Shown piece after piece: positions 18,770 to 27,170 of a DNA stretch of 52,095 bases. The stretch covers positions 1-52,095 of the forward strand of contig DUMT01000056.1 of NCBI GenBank assembly GCA_012839705.1. Reading direction: 5' to 3'. Source of the stretch: Clostridiales bacterium. GTDB lineage: Bacteria; Bacillota; Clostridia; Oscillospirales; Acutalibacteraceae. The notes beneath the pieces are model-generated. The model saw nothing but the letters and a program-made list of their open reading frames with translations. It had not been told where the DNA came from and searched no databases. Each line of letters begins with the position of its first letter. The stretch's first letter is position 1. A program made the translations under genes and the position numbers.

Positions 18770-18803
18770 TTCGTCAGAATCACCCTGCTTACACCGTTAT
18801 AAT
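18770..18803 (+). promoter_or_regulatory. Candidate Spo0A-activated sigma-A promoter of spoIIGA-sigE (0A-box match plus -10 with a 22-bp spacer)
   Basis: TTCGTCA (18770-18776) is the reverse complement of TGACGAA and matches the 0A box TGNCGAA. TATAAT is at 18798-18803. There are exactly 22 nt between TTCGTC and TATAAT. Confidence 0.4.
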
Positions 18804-18848
18804 ATAAGAGTGTGGACTTGTAATCCGGCAAAGCGGGGGTGACAAAAG

Positions 18849-19781
18849 ATGCCGGTAATTTATCTGGATGTTTTGCTGGCCCTGAACCTGTTCATTGACT
18901 TTCTCCTGTTATCCGCCGTGGTGAGGATTCTAAGGCTGCCCTGCAAACGGTTCAGGCTGGTGCTGGGAGCTGTTGCCGGCAGCATATTTTCCGCCGCCCT
19001 GTTTTTACCTCCCCTGCCCGCCGCCGTTTCCATGCTGATTAAAATTGCAAGCGCATGCGTCATAGTTAAAATCGCTTTCAAATGGCAAAGCCCTATCCTT
19101 TACATAAAACAAGTGGCTGTATTCCTGATTTCATCAGCTTTATTCGGGGGCTTAGCTTTCGCCATCTGGTTTTTCGCCGCCCCCTCGGGTTTTTATGTGG
19201 TGAACGGAGTTGTATATTACAACGTTTCCCCGCTTATGCTGACTGTGCTTACCGTCGCAAGCTATCTGATAATCAGCCTGTATGACAGGCTCACTCATAA
19301 AAGGATGGCCTTGGGGCAGGAATACACGCTTACCATCGACTGCGGCTGTGGGCCCCTTGAATTGCGTGCCCTTTACGACACAGGCCACCATGTAACCGAC
19401 GTTTTTTCCGGGAAACCGGTGGCTGTCGTACGTTTTGGCGCAATCGAGCGAAACCTGCCCGAAAATTTGCGGGAATCGGTTTTGCCCTTGCTTGATTTTG
19501 GAAAAGCCTCCCAGAAAGGCGAAAACTACGCCACAGCAGCCGGCACCAGGCTTCGGATGATTCCCTTAAAAACCGTAAGCGGGACAGGGTTGCTTCCTGC
19601 CTTTTGCCCGGCACAGATGGTTTTATCCTCCTCCAGCGGCAAGTCAGCGGACATAACAGGCTGCTTTATTGCCGTATGCCAGATACTGGGGCGCGGGGAA
19701 TATGACGCAATAATTGGGACAGATATGATTACTCTATTGGAAGGGAGCAGCATTAAATGCAGCAGGCAATATCAGAACTGA
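18849..19781 (+). CDS. spoIIGA: Sigma-E processing peptidase SpoIIGA
   Basis: Typical N-terminus [21 protein letters not shown], 5 TM helices, and an aspartic protease-like motif [18 protein letters not shown]. Confidence 0.9.
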   Translation: MPVIYLDVLLALNLFIDFLLLSAVVRILRLPCKRFRLVLGAVAGSIFSAALFLPPLPAAVSMLIKIASACVIVKIAFKWQSPILYIKQVAVFLISSALFGGLAFAIWFFAAPSGFYVVNGVVYYNVSPLMLTVLTVASYLIISLYDRLTHKRMALGQEYTLTIDCGCGPLELRALYDTGHHVTDVFSGKPVAVVRFGAIERNLPENLRESVLPLLDFGKASQKGENYATAAGTRLRMIPLKTVSGTGLLPAFCPAQMVLSSSSGKSADITGCFIAVCQILGRGEYDAIIGTDMITLLEGSSIKCSRQYQN

Positions 19782-20479
19782 TACAACGGATACGGCTTCT
19801 TTGGTTTAAGCTGCTTAAATCGCTGGCGGACGAAGGCCATTACATAAACGGGGCGGATACTCTGCCTCCCCCTTTAACCGCAGAAGAAGAGGCTGTGATA
19901 TTTGGAAAAATCGAAAAAGGGGATACCACTGCAAGGAATAAGCTGATTACCCATAATCTGCGGCTTGTGGTTTATATTGCGCGAAAATTTGAAAATTCCG
20001 GGGTGGGAATCGAGGATTTGATTTCGATTGGCACTATCGGGTTGATAAAAGCCGTTAACACCTTCTGCCCATCACGGAATATTAAACTTGCCACATACTC
20101 CTCCAGATGCATTGAAAACGAAATACTGATGTATCTTAGGAAAAACGCACCGCTGAAAAACGAGATGTCAATTGACGAGCCCCTTAATGTGGACTGGGAT
20201 GGCAACGAGCTGCTGCTGTCGGATATCCTTGGCAGCGACCCGGACATAGTCAACCGCAATATAGAGCAGGAGGCGGAAAAAACACTTTTGCACGAGTGCA
20301 TTTCCCAGCTTAACGAAAGGGAGCGGTTTATCATGTGCCTTCGGTTCGGCATGAACGGCAACAAAGAGCACACCCAGAAGGAAGTTGCAGATTTATTAGG
20401 AATTTCCCAGTCGTATATTTCAAGGCTTGAGAAAAAGATAATCAAACGGCTTAAAAAAGACTTGGAAAGGGCATGTTAG
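19757..20479 (+). CDS. sigE: RNA polymerase sporulation sigma factor SigE (pro-sigma-E)
   Basis: Pro-sequence plus [17 protein letters not shown], with region 2 and region 4 motifs ([16 protein letters not shown]). Overlaps the spoIIGA end by 25 nt. Confidence 0.9.
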   Translation: MQQAISELIQRIRLLWFKLLKSLADEGHYINGADTLPPPLTAEEEAVIFGKIEKGDTTARNKLITHNLRLVVYIARKFENSGVGIEDLISIGTIGLIKAVNTFCPSRNIKLATYSSRCIENEILMYLRKNAPLKNEMSIDEPLNVDWDGNELLLSDILGSDPDIVNRNIEQEAEKTLLHECISQLNERERFIMCLRFGMNGNKEHTQKEVADLLGISQSYISRLEKKIIKRLKKDLERAC

Positions 20480-20493
20480 GCTTATGCCCTGCA

Positions 20494-20525
20494 AGCGGGC
20501 AAAAAAGGATTTGCCCGCTTTTTTA
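20494..20525 (+). terminator. Rho-independent terminator after sigE
   Basis: GCGGGCAAA (20494-20502) / TTTGCCCGC (20510-20518) followed by T7. Confidence 0.8.
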
Positions 20526-20617
20526 AATTTTCTGTGGAAATATTCCCAAATTTAGTATATACTTTGATTATCACACTTTCCCCGGCTACTTATAAACCTG
20601 ATGGAAGGTAAACCGCT

Positions 20618-21289
20618 ATGAGTTACTTTATTTCCTTTCTCGAAGGGATTATTACTTTTATCTCGCCATGCCTGCTTCCTATGCTGCCAATATACGTTTC
20701 CTATTTTGCAGGCACAAAGAATGAAAAAAGGCCGAAAGCTGCGGCTTTAAATGCCTCCGGTTTTATCCTGGGGTTTACCCTGATTTTTATGTTCCTTGGG
20801 CTCTTTGCCGGGACAGCGGGCAGGCTCTTAAAAGAGCACCAAACGGCGGTAAATATTGTTTCCGGATTACTGATGATACTGTTCGGGCTAAATTTTATGG
20901 ATGTTATAAAATTACCCCTTATCAACACCAGCCGGAAGTTTAAAGTAAATCTTGGCAATCTGGGTTTTGTGTCATCCATGCTGTTCGGCATGATATTCGC
21001 TGTCAGCTGGACGCCCTGTGTCGGCACCTTCTTAGGCTCGGCATTGCTGCTGGCAGCATCAGGCGGCGGCAGCGCAAAAGGGGGTTTAATGCTGCTTTGC
21101 TTTTCCCTGGGGCTTGGGATTCCTTTCTTTGTAAGCGCAATGTTGATTGACCGCCTTAAAGCCGCATTCGATTTTATCAAACGCCACTACAAGGTTATCA
21201 ATTTAATTTCCGGCGGGCTGCTGGTTTTGGTAGGTATCATGATGGCAACAGGAATGATGGGATATTTCCTTTCATTTTTGACTTTTTAG
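20618..21289 (+). CDS. ccdA: Cytochrome c biogenesis protein CcdA family (DsbD-like thiol-disulfide electron transporter)
   Basis: FISPCLLPMLPIY and WTPCVG conserved Cys-containing TM motifs; 6 TM helices. Confidence 0.85.
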   Translation: MSYFISFLEGIITFISPCLLPMLPIYVSYFAGTKNEKRPKAAALNASGFILGFTLIFMFLGLFAGTAGRLLKEHQTAVNIVSGLLMILFGLNFMDVIKLPLINTSRKFKVNLGNLGFVSSMLFGMIFAVSWTPCVGTFLGSALLLAASGGGSAKGGLMLLCFSLGLGIPFFVSAMLIDRLKAAFDFIKRHYKVINLISGGLLVLVGIMMATGMMGYFLSFLTF

Positions 21290-21299
21290 GAGGGTGAAT

Positions 21300-21878
21300 G
21301 TGAATAACAAATTTAAAATAATTCTGGGTATTGCATTGTTTGCATGTTTTTTGGTTTTAGCTGCGGTATCTTATTCCGCCCTGTCACAAAAATACAGGCC
21401 TGAAACCGGAATGGACAGCGGTTCACAACGCGAGGGCAGTTCAGAATCGGAGCAGGAAAAATACCAGGCTCCTGACTTTACGGTTTTCGACGCCGATGGA
21501 AACCCTGTAAAACTTTCAGATTTTAAGGGCAAACCTGTGGTGCTTAATTTTTGGGCTTCCTGGTGCGGCCCCTGCCAGAGGGAAATGCCGCATTTCAATA
21601 AAGCCTACGCAAAATATAAGGATGAAATTGTTTTTATGATGGTTGACCTTGTGGACGGCCAAAGGGAAACCCAGTCAAAGGGCAGCAGCTTTATCAAAAA
21701 TCAGGGGTATGATTTTCCGGTGTATTTTGACATCGAGGAAGATGCCGCATATACCTATGGGATTACCTCCATTCCAATGACACTGTTTATCGACAGGGAT
21801 GGGTATATTAAAACTGGCTACGCAGGCGCAATTGACGAGGAAACCCTTCAGGCTGCAATAGAACTTATAGACCAGTAA
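21300..21878 (+). CDS. TlpA/ResA/StoA-like membrane-anchored thioredoxin-fold thiol-disulfide oxidoreductase
   Basis: N-terminal TM anchor and active site WASWCGPCQREMP. The GTG at 21300 lies 6 nt after AGGAGG (21288-21293). The track start at 21294 is also a GTG. Confidence 0.85.
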   Translation: MNNKFKIILGIALFACFLVLAAVSYSALSQKYRPETGMDSGSQREGSSESEQEKYQAPDFTVFDADGNPVKLSDFKGKPVVLNFWASWCGPCQREMPHFNKAYAKYKDEIVFMMVDLVDGQRETQSKGSSFIKNQGYDFPVYFDIEEDAAYTYGITSIPMTLFIDRDGYIKTGYAGAIDEETLQAAIELIDQ

Positions 21879-21935
21879 AAAAAGCCGGCTTACGCCGGCT
21901 CACACTAATTATGGCCTTTGTTTTTAATGCCCGAA

Positions 21936-21973
21936 ACACAACCCCAAGCCCCTCAGTGGGCTTGGGGTTGTGT
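21936..21973. terminator. Strong hairpin in a convergent intergenic region (terminator-like, no clear T-run)
   Basis: Perfect 16-bp stem ACACAACCCCAAGCCC (21936-21951) / GGGCTTGGGGTTGTGT (21958-21973) with a 6-nt loop. Confidence 0.5.
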
Positions 21974-22043
21974 CAATAACAAAATCCTTTCCCGGCACGT
22001 ACCCTCGTTAACCGAGGGCACGTGAAAGGGGCTTATGAGAGGG

Positions 22044-23930
22044 TTACGGCAAGATTACGACCTGCGGCATTTTATCAGGTGTTGCCGAGGTTATATTTCC
22101 TACTCTGTTTAAATAATCCAACATGGCCTGTCTGGCTGTTTCGTTTTTAACATAAATTGTCAGCTGGTTGCCGCCATTTGCTGGACGGGAGGCGTGCAGG
22201 AATACGCTTGTTCCGAGGGTGGGCAGCGTATCCCCAAGGAATGTTACGCTTGTCAGATGATAGGTTACGCCCAGCCGCTCAAAGGCAATAAACTGATTGC
22301 CACAGGTTGTTACCGAAGCCGGTATTACCAGCGAGGTAAGCGACTCGCAGCTCTTAAACGCGTTCCTGCCGATGGAGGTAACGTCGCCAGCAAAGGTTAC
22401 ACCGCTGAGCTTGTAGCAGCCTTCAAACAGATGTTCCTCGATCACCGTAACACCTGCAGGTATCACCAAGCTGCTGGTCAGATTCTCGCAGGACGAGAAC
22501 GCAGCCGGCCCGATATAAGTCAGGGAGGATGGCAACTCTAGGGTTTCCAGGCCATAGCATCTGCGGAAAGCACGATTGCCGATTGTTTTAAGGTTCGACA
22601 TCTCGCCGAGGTTGATAGTCTTCAGGTTCACGCATTCATTGAATGCATAATCGCCTATCTTTTCAAGGGAAACGGGCAGAATGACCTCAGTCAGGGTATC
22701 ATTATAAGAAAAGGCAGAGTCGTATATCTCTTTTACGCCAGGGCGCACTGTATAGGAGGTCACGGTGTCAGGCATCTCACGGGCGGACAGCAGAATAGTG
22801 CCTTTTTCGCCATATATAACTCCGTATTCGTCAGTCTCAGTCTGCATGGGATCGAATGTTACACTGAACGGACTGAAGGAATCTGAATAAATGGTAAGAT
22901 AACCAGTTGCCGGATTGTATACAAAGTCGGAACCTTCAATCAGCGGCGTAGAGCCGTGGGTAACCTTAACATTCGTAAGATAACGGCCCACACTAAGTCT
23001 CACTGTCACTTTCTGTCCGGAGATAATTGCCACATCAGCACCATCCTGGTCTTTCAAGCTGATGTCATAGGTGACGCCCTTTTCACTGTATTCCACTGTG
23101 GATATAATCAGGCTGATCTCGGTAACACCGGCACTCAGCGCAGCCTGGGGAATAATCGCCTGGCTGCCGGACTCCGCATGGGTAACCGTTGTGTCTCCGG
23201 AGGAAGCCCTTGGAGCAGTGGCTTTAAAGTTCAGCTTGATGGGCAGCACGGGCAGCACGGCACCGGAATCATAGTCGTTGCCGAAGCTGTCGGATTCTTC
23301 CGTCTTTTGGGCTGCGTAAACAGTTATGCCGAGATTTATTTCAGGAGGAGTTGTGCCGGTTTTGTAGTTGGCTTCGTTACCAACCGTCTCAGGCACATAC
23401 ACCACAAGGGTGACATACTGAGGCGCTCCGCCGCTTAATATTGAACCTGTCTGAGTCAGGTCTATCTGATTCAGTTTCATATCTGTACCGGCAAGCTCTC
23501 TTGCAGCATTACGGTCAGCAGGGGTGGAATCGATTGTAGAGGGTTCTGTTGTTTTGAACACAAGATAATCGGACAACAAGAACTCTTCATCATATACATT
23601 GATTCCGCCTGTTTCATTAACCGGGCTGACCAGAACCCTGTAATTGAAAGCGAGTGTGCCCTTGTTTTCAATCTTCAGGGTTACATACTCGGTGTGACCG
23701 GGTTCCCAAAGATTCGAGGAGAACAGGGATGTGGACTCCTGAATGGGTACCCAATCATCTCCGACTTTGGAACTGACCTCAATATCGAGATTTCCGGCTA
23801 TGATTTTGTTGACGCCGGAGGACGCCGTGTCTGTGAACCATGCAAACGTGGTGCCGATAAGCAACGCCACGCAGAGCAGCAATGATGTCAGGTTCAAAAA
23901 CAACGACTTTTTAACTGCGCTCTTTTTCAT
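22044..23930 (-). CDS. Secreted protein with a TasA/camelysin-type N-terminal region (SipW-type signal peptide motif) fused to C-terminal BspA-type leucine-rich repeats
   Basis: N-terminus KKSLFLNLTSLLLCVALLIGTTFAWFTDTASSGVNKIIAGNLDIEV...WEPGHTEYVTLKIENKGTLAFNY. The C-terminus has repeated ..IGDYAFNECVNLKTINL.., ..IGNRAFRRCYGLETLELPSSL.., ..IGPAAFSSCENLTS.., ..IGRNAFKSCESLTSLVIPASV.. The ATG at 23930 follows GGAGGT. Confidence 0.75.
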   Translation of the reverse strand: MKKSAVKKSLFLNLTSLLLCVALLIGTTFAWFTDTASSGVNKIIAGNLDIEVSSKVGDDWVPIQESTSLFSSNLWEPGHTEYVTLKIENKGTLAFNYRVLVSPVNETGGINVYDEEFLLSDYLVFKTTEPSTIDSTPADRNAARELAGTDMKLNQIDLTQTGSILSGGAPQYVTLVVYVPETVGNEANYKTGTTPPEINLGITVYAAQKTEESDSFGNDYDSGAVLPVLPIKLNFKATAPRASSGDTTVTHAESGSQAIIPQAALSAGVTEISLIISTVEYSEKGVTYDISLKDQDGADVAIISGQKVTVRLSVGRYLTNVKVTHGSTPLIEGSDFVYNPATGYLTIYSDSFSPFSVTFDPMQTETDEYGVIYGEKGTILLSAREMPDTVTSYTVRPGVKEIYDSAFSYNDTLTEVILPVSLEKIGDYAFNECVNLKTINLGEMSNLKTIGNRAFRRCYGLETLELPSSLTYIGPAAFSSCENLTSSLVIPAGVTVIEEHLFEGCYKLSGVTFAGDVTSIGRNAFKSCESLTSLVIPASVTTCGNQFIAFERLGVTYHLTSVTFLGDTLPTLGTSVFLHASRPANGGNQLTIYVKNETARQAMLDYLNRVGNITSATPDKMPQVVILP

Positions 23931-23973
23931 AATCCAACCTCCATATTTTAGAAAAATTACCATTTTCTAGATA

Positions 23974-24002
23974 ATATTATCCTGTTTTTTCCAATTAGTC
24001 AA
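23974..24002 (-). promoter_or_regulatory. Sigma-A type promoter for the TasA-like/LRR gene
   Basis: On the minus strand: TTGACT (23997-24002), 17-nt spacer, TAATAT (23974-23979). The 12-bp palindrome GATAATATTATC (23970-23981) overlaps the -10. Confidence 0.5.
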
Positions 24003-24033
24003 TACTTAAAATTATAAAGTTTAAGTTTATAAT

Positions 24034-24081
24034 GAAAAAAATCCCCCGGAAAAGTCAGCATTTATGCCACTTTTCAGGGGA
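24034..24081 (-). terminator. Rho-independent terminator of the 136-aa hypothetical gene
   Basis: Imperfect 13-bp stem (24042-24055 / 24069-24081, one bulge, one G-U), then T7 on the minus strand (A-run 24034-24041 on plus). Confidence 0.65.
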
Positions 24082-24163
24082 GATTTTATAAAGCTGAAAT
24101 TTGCGCCGCGGGCGATAATACAAAACACACCCTCAACTGCCGGCTGTTATTGTATGTACTCAA

Positions 24164-24574
24164 TTAGTAATAACGCCTTCTCCTGCGGAACAGCTCGGAA
24201 ATAAGAAGAATCCCGATTAAATCCCTAAGGAGCCCTCTTCTCCTGTAATTACTGCCGTAAATCCCGTTTATAACATCCACAATCTCCGAGTCCTTGTTGG
24301 TTTTCTCATACTCCCTTGCGTACTCCGCAATATCCGGGTGCATCCTGCATACATCATTGTAGATTACCTCGGTCATGTGGTCGATAATTTCCTGGGGCGG
24401 GATGTCAATCCCCATGGCTTCTATCTGGTCACAGCAGACCATTACAAAGGGCTGAATTTTATAGAATATTTCAGGATATATAACCCTGTTGTTGATTAAG
24501 TCACTCAGCTCCCGGCTGCCGTACTGGGGGTTATACTGCTGCCATTGCTGGTTGTTTTGTTCCTCGTTATACAT
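24164..24574 (-). CDS. Hypothetical protein (Q/N-rich N-terminus, Arg-rich C-terminal tail)
   Basis: 136-aa ORF with AAGGAGG 6 nt upstream of the ATG and its own terminator. I recognise no family. Confidence 0.6.
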   Translation of the reverse strand: MYNEEQNNQQWQQYNPQYGSRELSDLINNRVIYPEIFYKIQPFVMVCCDQIEAMGIDIPPQEIIDHMTEVIYNDVCRMHPDIAEYAREYEKTNKDSEIVDVINGIYGSNYRRRGLLRDLIGILLISELFRRRRRYY

Positions 24575-24650
24575 CGGTTTGCCTCCTTAATATAAACTAT
24601 GATTTAAAACAGTATCGTTATAAAATATGAGATTCTAAAAAACCTTGTGA

Positions 24651-24693
24651 AAATAAAACGCAAAAAGGGAGCAAACCTTTGCGGTTTGCTCCC
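24651..24693 (-). terminator. Rho-independent terminator of pnp
   Basis: 11-bp stem GGGAGCAAACC (24667-24677) / GGTTTGCTCCC (24683-24693), followed on the minus strand by TTTTTGCGTTTT. Confidence 0.8.
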
Positions 24694-24708
24694 TTGTATT
24701 ATTATTTA

Positions 24709-26895
24709 TTATCTGCGGTGATGGTTGTCGTGGTTATTGTTATTGCGCTCCCTGCGCTGGAAGCGGGGGTTGCCGGAAGGCTCAGGTTCGGGGGTAATCC
24801 CCTCAACCTCAATCAGCGCATCCTTGCGGGACAGGTTGATTCTTCCCTGGTCGTCAATATCCGTAACCTTAACGATTACCTCGTCACCAACCGAAACAAT
24901 ATCCTCAACCTTGTCGGTGCGCTTTACATCCAGCTTGCTGATATGCACAAGCCCTTCCTTGCCCGGCGCAATCTCAACAAATGCGCCGAAGTTCATCAAA
25001 CGGGTTACCTTGCCCTTGTATATGGCGCCCACCTCAGGGTCCTTTGCAATGGTTTCAACAATCGACAAAGCACGGGCTGCGTCTTTCGCGTTGAGGGCGG
25101 AGATAAATACGCTGCCATCCTCTTCAATGTCGATGGTGCAGTTGCATTCCTGCTGAATCTTCTGGATTACAGAACCGCCCTTGCCGATAACCTCACGGAT
25201 TTTTTCCACATCAATCTTGGTGCTGAGCATCTTGGGCGCATAGGGCGAAAGCTCTGGGCGCGGAGCAGGGATTGCCTTAAGGATTATCTCATCAAGAATA
25301 TAGCAACGGGCTTTATAGGTTTTCTCAAGGGCTTCCCAGATGATTTCAGGGGTTAAGCCATGCACCTTCAAATCCATCTGGATTGCGGTAATTCCCTTGT
25401 GGGTGCCGCCAACCTTGAAGTCCATATCACCGAAGAAGTCCTCAACGCCTTGGATGTCAACCATGGTTATAAAGCGGTCGCCTTCGGTTACAAGTCCGCA
25501 GGAAATGCCGGCTACCGGTGCCTTAATCGGTACGCCTGCGTCCATAAGGGCAAGGGTTGAGCCGCAGATTGCGCCCTGGGAAGTGGAACCGTTGGAGGAC
25601 AACACCTCAGACACAAGCCTGATGGTATAGGGGAACTCTTCAATCGGAGGAATTACAGGCACCAGCGCCCTTTCTGCCAAAGCGCCGTGGCCAATCTCAC
25701 GCCGTCCGGGGCCTCTGGAAGGCTTGGCCTCACCTACAGAATAGGACGGGAAATTGTAATGATGGATATAACGCTTGCTTTCCTCATCGTCAAGCCCGTC
25801 GAGCAGCTGGGCATCCCTGCTGGAACCCAGGGTTGCGACGGTAAGGACCTGCGTCTGCCCCCTGGTAAACAGGCCGGAACCGTGGGTTCTGGGAAGGATA
25901 CCGACTTCGGCGGCAAGGGGGCGGATTTCGTCCAGCCCGCGCCCGTCAACACGCTTACCCTCATCCAGCAGCCAGCGGCGCACAATGAATTTCTGAATGC
26001 TGTACAGGCAGTCATCAATTTTAGCGGCAAGCTCGGGGTACTCGGGGTCAAATTTCTCGTGGACTTCGTTGTAGGCCACAAGCATCCGCTCATCCCTTAT
26101 GCGCTTGTCGTCAGTGTCAAGGGCGTATTTCAGCTTTTCAAGGGCAAATTCCTTGATTGCCTCATACATTTCCGGATCCGGAGCGTTGGATTCAAACTCA
26201 AACTTCGGCTTTCCTATTTCGGCCTGAATCTCCTTAATAAACTTCACAATCTCCTGGTTTGCCGCATGCCCGGCCATGATGCCCTTAAACATGGTCTGGT
26301 TGTCAATTTCGTTGGCGCCGGCTTCAATCATGGCAACAAGATCCTCAGTGGAAGCCACTGTCACATGCATTTCGGATTTTGCCGCCTGCTCTGCGGTGGG
26401 GTTTATTACATACTCCCCGTCCACAAGGCCAACAACAACGCCGGAAATCGGCCCATCCCACGGAATGTCGGAAATGGAGATTGCGATTGACGCGCCGATC
26501 ATGGCGGTGGTTTCGGGCTGGCAGTCAGGGTCAACGCTCAATACAGTGCAAACGATGGAAACATCGTTTCGCATGTCTTTCGGGAAAAGCGGGCGGATAG
26601 GCCTGTCAATCACGCGGGCGGAAAGGATAGCCTTTTCGCTGGGGCGTCCTTCCCTGCGCTGGAAGGAGCCGGGGATTTTGCCCACAGCATAAAGCTTTTC
26701 CTCGTAATCCACCGACAGCGGGAAAAAGTCAATGCCCTCCCTGGGCTTTTCCGAAGCTGTAGCAGTGCACAATACAACAGTATCGCCATACCTGATAAGG
26801 CAGGAGCCATTGGCAAGCTGGGCAACCTTTCCGGTTTCTACCACCAGGGGCCTGCCAGCCAGGGTTGTCTTGAACACCTTGTAGTTTTCAAACAT
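24709..26895 (-). CDS. pnp: Polyribonucleotide nucleotidyltransferase (PNPase)
   Basis: Full-length PNPase: two RNase PH domains, KH (GKGGSVIQKIQQE) and S1 (GAIYKGKVTRLMNFGAFVEI). The ATG at 26895 has GGAGG 9 nt upstream. Has an unusual basic/His-rich tail. Confidence 0.95.
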   Translation of the reverse strand: MFENYKVFKTTLAGRPLVVETGKVAQLANGSCLIRYGDTVVLCTATASEKPREGIDFFPLSVDYEEKLYAVGKIPGSFQRREGRPSEKAILSARVIDRPIRPLFPKDMRNDVSIVCTVLSVDPDCQPETTAMIGASIAISISDIPWDGPISGVVVGLVDGEYVINPTAEQAAKSEMHVTVASTEDLVAMIEAGANEIDNQTMFKGIMAGHAANQEIVKFIKEIQAEIGKPKFEFESNAPDPEMYEAIKEFALEKLKYALDTDDKRIRDERMLVAYNEVHEKFDPEYPELAAKIDDCLYSIQKFIVRRWLLDEGKRVDGRGLDEIRPLAAEVGILPRTHGSGLFTRGQTQVLTVATLGSSRDAQLLDGLDDEESKRYIHHYNFPSYSVGEAKPSRGPGRREIGHGALAERALVPVIPPIEEFPYTIRLVSEVLSSNGSTSQGAICGSTLALMDAGVPIKAPVAGISCGLVTEGDRFITMVDIQGVEDFFGDMDFKVGGTHKGITAIQMDLKVHGLTPEIIWEALEKTYKARCYILDEIILKAIPAPRPELSPYAPKMLSTKIDVEKIREVIGKGGSVIQKIQQECNCTIDIEEDGSVFISALNAKDAARALSIVETIAKDPEVGAIYKGKVTRLMNFGAFVEIAPGKEGLVHISKLDVKRTDKVEDIVSVGDEVIVKVTDIDDQGRINLSRKDALIEVEGITPEPEPSGNPRFQRRERNNNNHDNHHRR

Positions 26896-27132
26896 CAAAT
26901 TTTCCTCCGTTCGAATTCAATTTTTCCAAGAATACAACACACAAGAAGAAAACCGGGAAAACCATCTTCAAGTTTTCTGGAAAACGGAACTTAAACGGAG
27001 TTTAACAATAAAACCGCAGCTCACCATTATGCAAAAGTTACATCCCGATTATATTCAAAGCGTTTTGCTGTTGAGCTGTCGTTTCACTGCTAAACCCGTC
27101 GTCCGTTCCGTTTTCAGGTCAAATAATCATTA

Positions 27133-27160
27133 AGGCAGGGGGTTGATACACCGCCTGCCT
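27133..27160 (-). terminator. Hairpin just downstream of rpsO (partial terminator or processing site ahead of pnp)
   Basis: 10-bp stem with one mismatch (AGGCAGGGGG 27133-27142 / CCGCCTGCCT 27151-27160). Only a weak U-run follows on the minus strand. Confidence 0.4.
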
Positions 27161-27170
27161 CAGCGTCGCA

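Noticed and set aside
24679-26490. Plus-strand ORFs of 225 aa and 267 aa (24679-25356, 25687-26490) overlapping pnp
   Set aside because: They lie antisense to a full-length PNPase and have no recognisable motifs or translation signals, so they are shadow frames.
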